Source of the DNA: Vampirovibrio chlorellavorus
GTDB taxonomy: Bacteria; Cyanobacteriota; Vampirovibrionia; Vampirovibrionales; Vampirovibrionaceae
Assembly: GCA_003149345.1 (NCBI GenBank)
Contig: QFWI01000019.1
Coordinates: 61,397 to 125,396, forward strand
Length of the DNA stretch: 64,000 nucleotides
Reading direction: 5' to 3'
Shown here: piece after piece, positions 63,352-64,000 of the stretch
How positions within the stretch are numbered: the stretch's first letter is position 1
How the letters are laid out: every line of letters begins with the position of its first letter
Notes under the pieces: model-generated
What the model was told of the DNA's origin: nothing
Seen by the model: only the letters and a program-made list of their open reading frames with translations
The model's database searches: none
Made by a program: the position numbers and the translations under genes

Positions 63352-64000
63352 CCTGACAGGCGGTTAGCACGGCGTCTTTCATCCCGTGAATGAGCTTTTT
63401 GTCAGCAGGGCAGGCGGTGGCCAATACCCCGGCCAAGGTCACTTGATCGTTTTCAACCAGGTAGTAAGGACACAGCCGAACCCGAGCCTGAAAATCCTGG
63501 ACTTCGCCTGTTTCCATATCCAACCGCTGGGCGGGTAGCACGTCGGCGGCTTCAAACTTTTGCAGAATATAAGGGGTTTGCCCAAAGCTGGCCAAGGCGG
63601 TATCCAGCTGCTGGCCCCAGCTGTCGCTGGAATGGTCGTGTCCGATAGTCACGCCTCGGCTGCCCCAACCGAGGGGAGAGAAGCCGGAGGGTTTCAGAAC
63701 CAGTTCCCGCTCCTTCTGGGAAAGGGTTTTCAGTTGCTGGAAGTCCTGAATGATTTTGCCACCGGGGTTTAGGTTGGCAATAATCGCCTGCGGTGGGAGC
63801 GGGGCCGGGTCAACGACCCAGCCTTGCGGCACCCATTGCCTGAGTTGCTGGAAATCGGCCTGACCCAGTTCTTTCGTCCAAAAATCAGCCAGGGCTGGGT
63901 GGTACAGCAAGGCCAGAGACAGTTTCTCTTCCAAGTGTGGCTTGAAGGGTGGGGTGCATTTGACCAGCCCTTTTTTGACGGCGTATTGGATCAGCTCGAT
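63344..64000 (-). CDS. Conserved hypothetical protein, C-terminal part (possibly ATP-grasp-like); gene continues beyond window end
   Basis: The reading frame is open from the window edge (..IELIQYAVKKGLVKCTPPFKPHLEEKLSLALLYHP...) to the stop at 63344. The track shows only the part from the first Met (63934). Motifs such as LVLKPSGFSPLGWGSRGVTIG are suggestive but unassigned. Confidence 0.5.
   Translation of the reverse strand: MELIQYAVKKGLVKCTPPFKPHLEEKLSLALLYHPALADFWTKELGQADFQQLRQWVPQGWVVDPAPLPPQAIIANLNPGGKIIQDFQQLKTLSQKERELVLKPSGFSPLGWGSRGVTIGHDHSSDSWGQQLDTALASFGQTPYILQKFEAADVLPAQRLDMETGEVQDFQARVRLCPYYLVENDQVTLAGVLATACPADKKLIHGMKDAVLTACQVK

Overview
This window is mostly core genome from a diderm (outer-membrane-bearing) bacterium. 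GC looks mid-50s % by eye (not computed), and I cannot place the lineage from sequence alone. I support about 52 protein-coding genes. I saw no rRNA, tRNA, CRISPR array, transposase, integrase or prophage genes.

Housekeeping content:
- groES-groEL (5' end)
- dgt-like/dnaG/rpoD
- nanE, metK, hemA-hemC, dtd, dut, tpiA, gap
- glxK, nagZ, mnmE, mutS
- skp-bamA, dapF, ldcA, lnt, ruvC, bioD
- gcvT-H-PA-PB, tlyA, pth
- prfB, with the canonical +1 programmed frameshift that the ORF track hides
- aroQ

Less ordinary content:
1. A compact pilus/secretion cluster (PilP-like lipoprotein, secretin, PilB/GspE ATPase, PilC/GspF platform). Its secretin carries a 105-residue tandem repeat made only of Met, Ala and Gly.
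2. A separate locus with a GT-C-like membrane protein, a type IV pilin, a NarL-type two-component system and an AMIN-like bitopic protein.
3. An Arn-like cassette (GT-C, GT2, flippase-like protein) next to bamA.
4. A protein whose C-terminal part resembles the eukaryotic mitochondrial fission process protein MTFP1/MTP18.
5. Two overlapping paralogous HTH-WYL-WCX regulator genes.
6. A conserved intergenic element of about 120 nt in two copies 54 kb apart, with a compensatory central hairpin.
7. A 13-bp x4 tandem repeat.
8. A Pro/Met-rich single-pass membrane protein.
9. A possible BioU-type gene next to bioD.

I do not see a clear multi-gene system of a recognisably new kind. The items above are the best leads, and all functional claims rest on by-eye motif recognition that needs HMM/BLAST/covariance-model confirmation.
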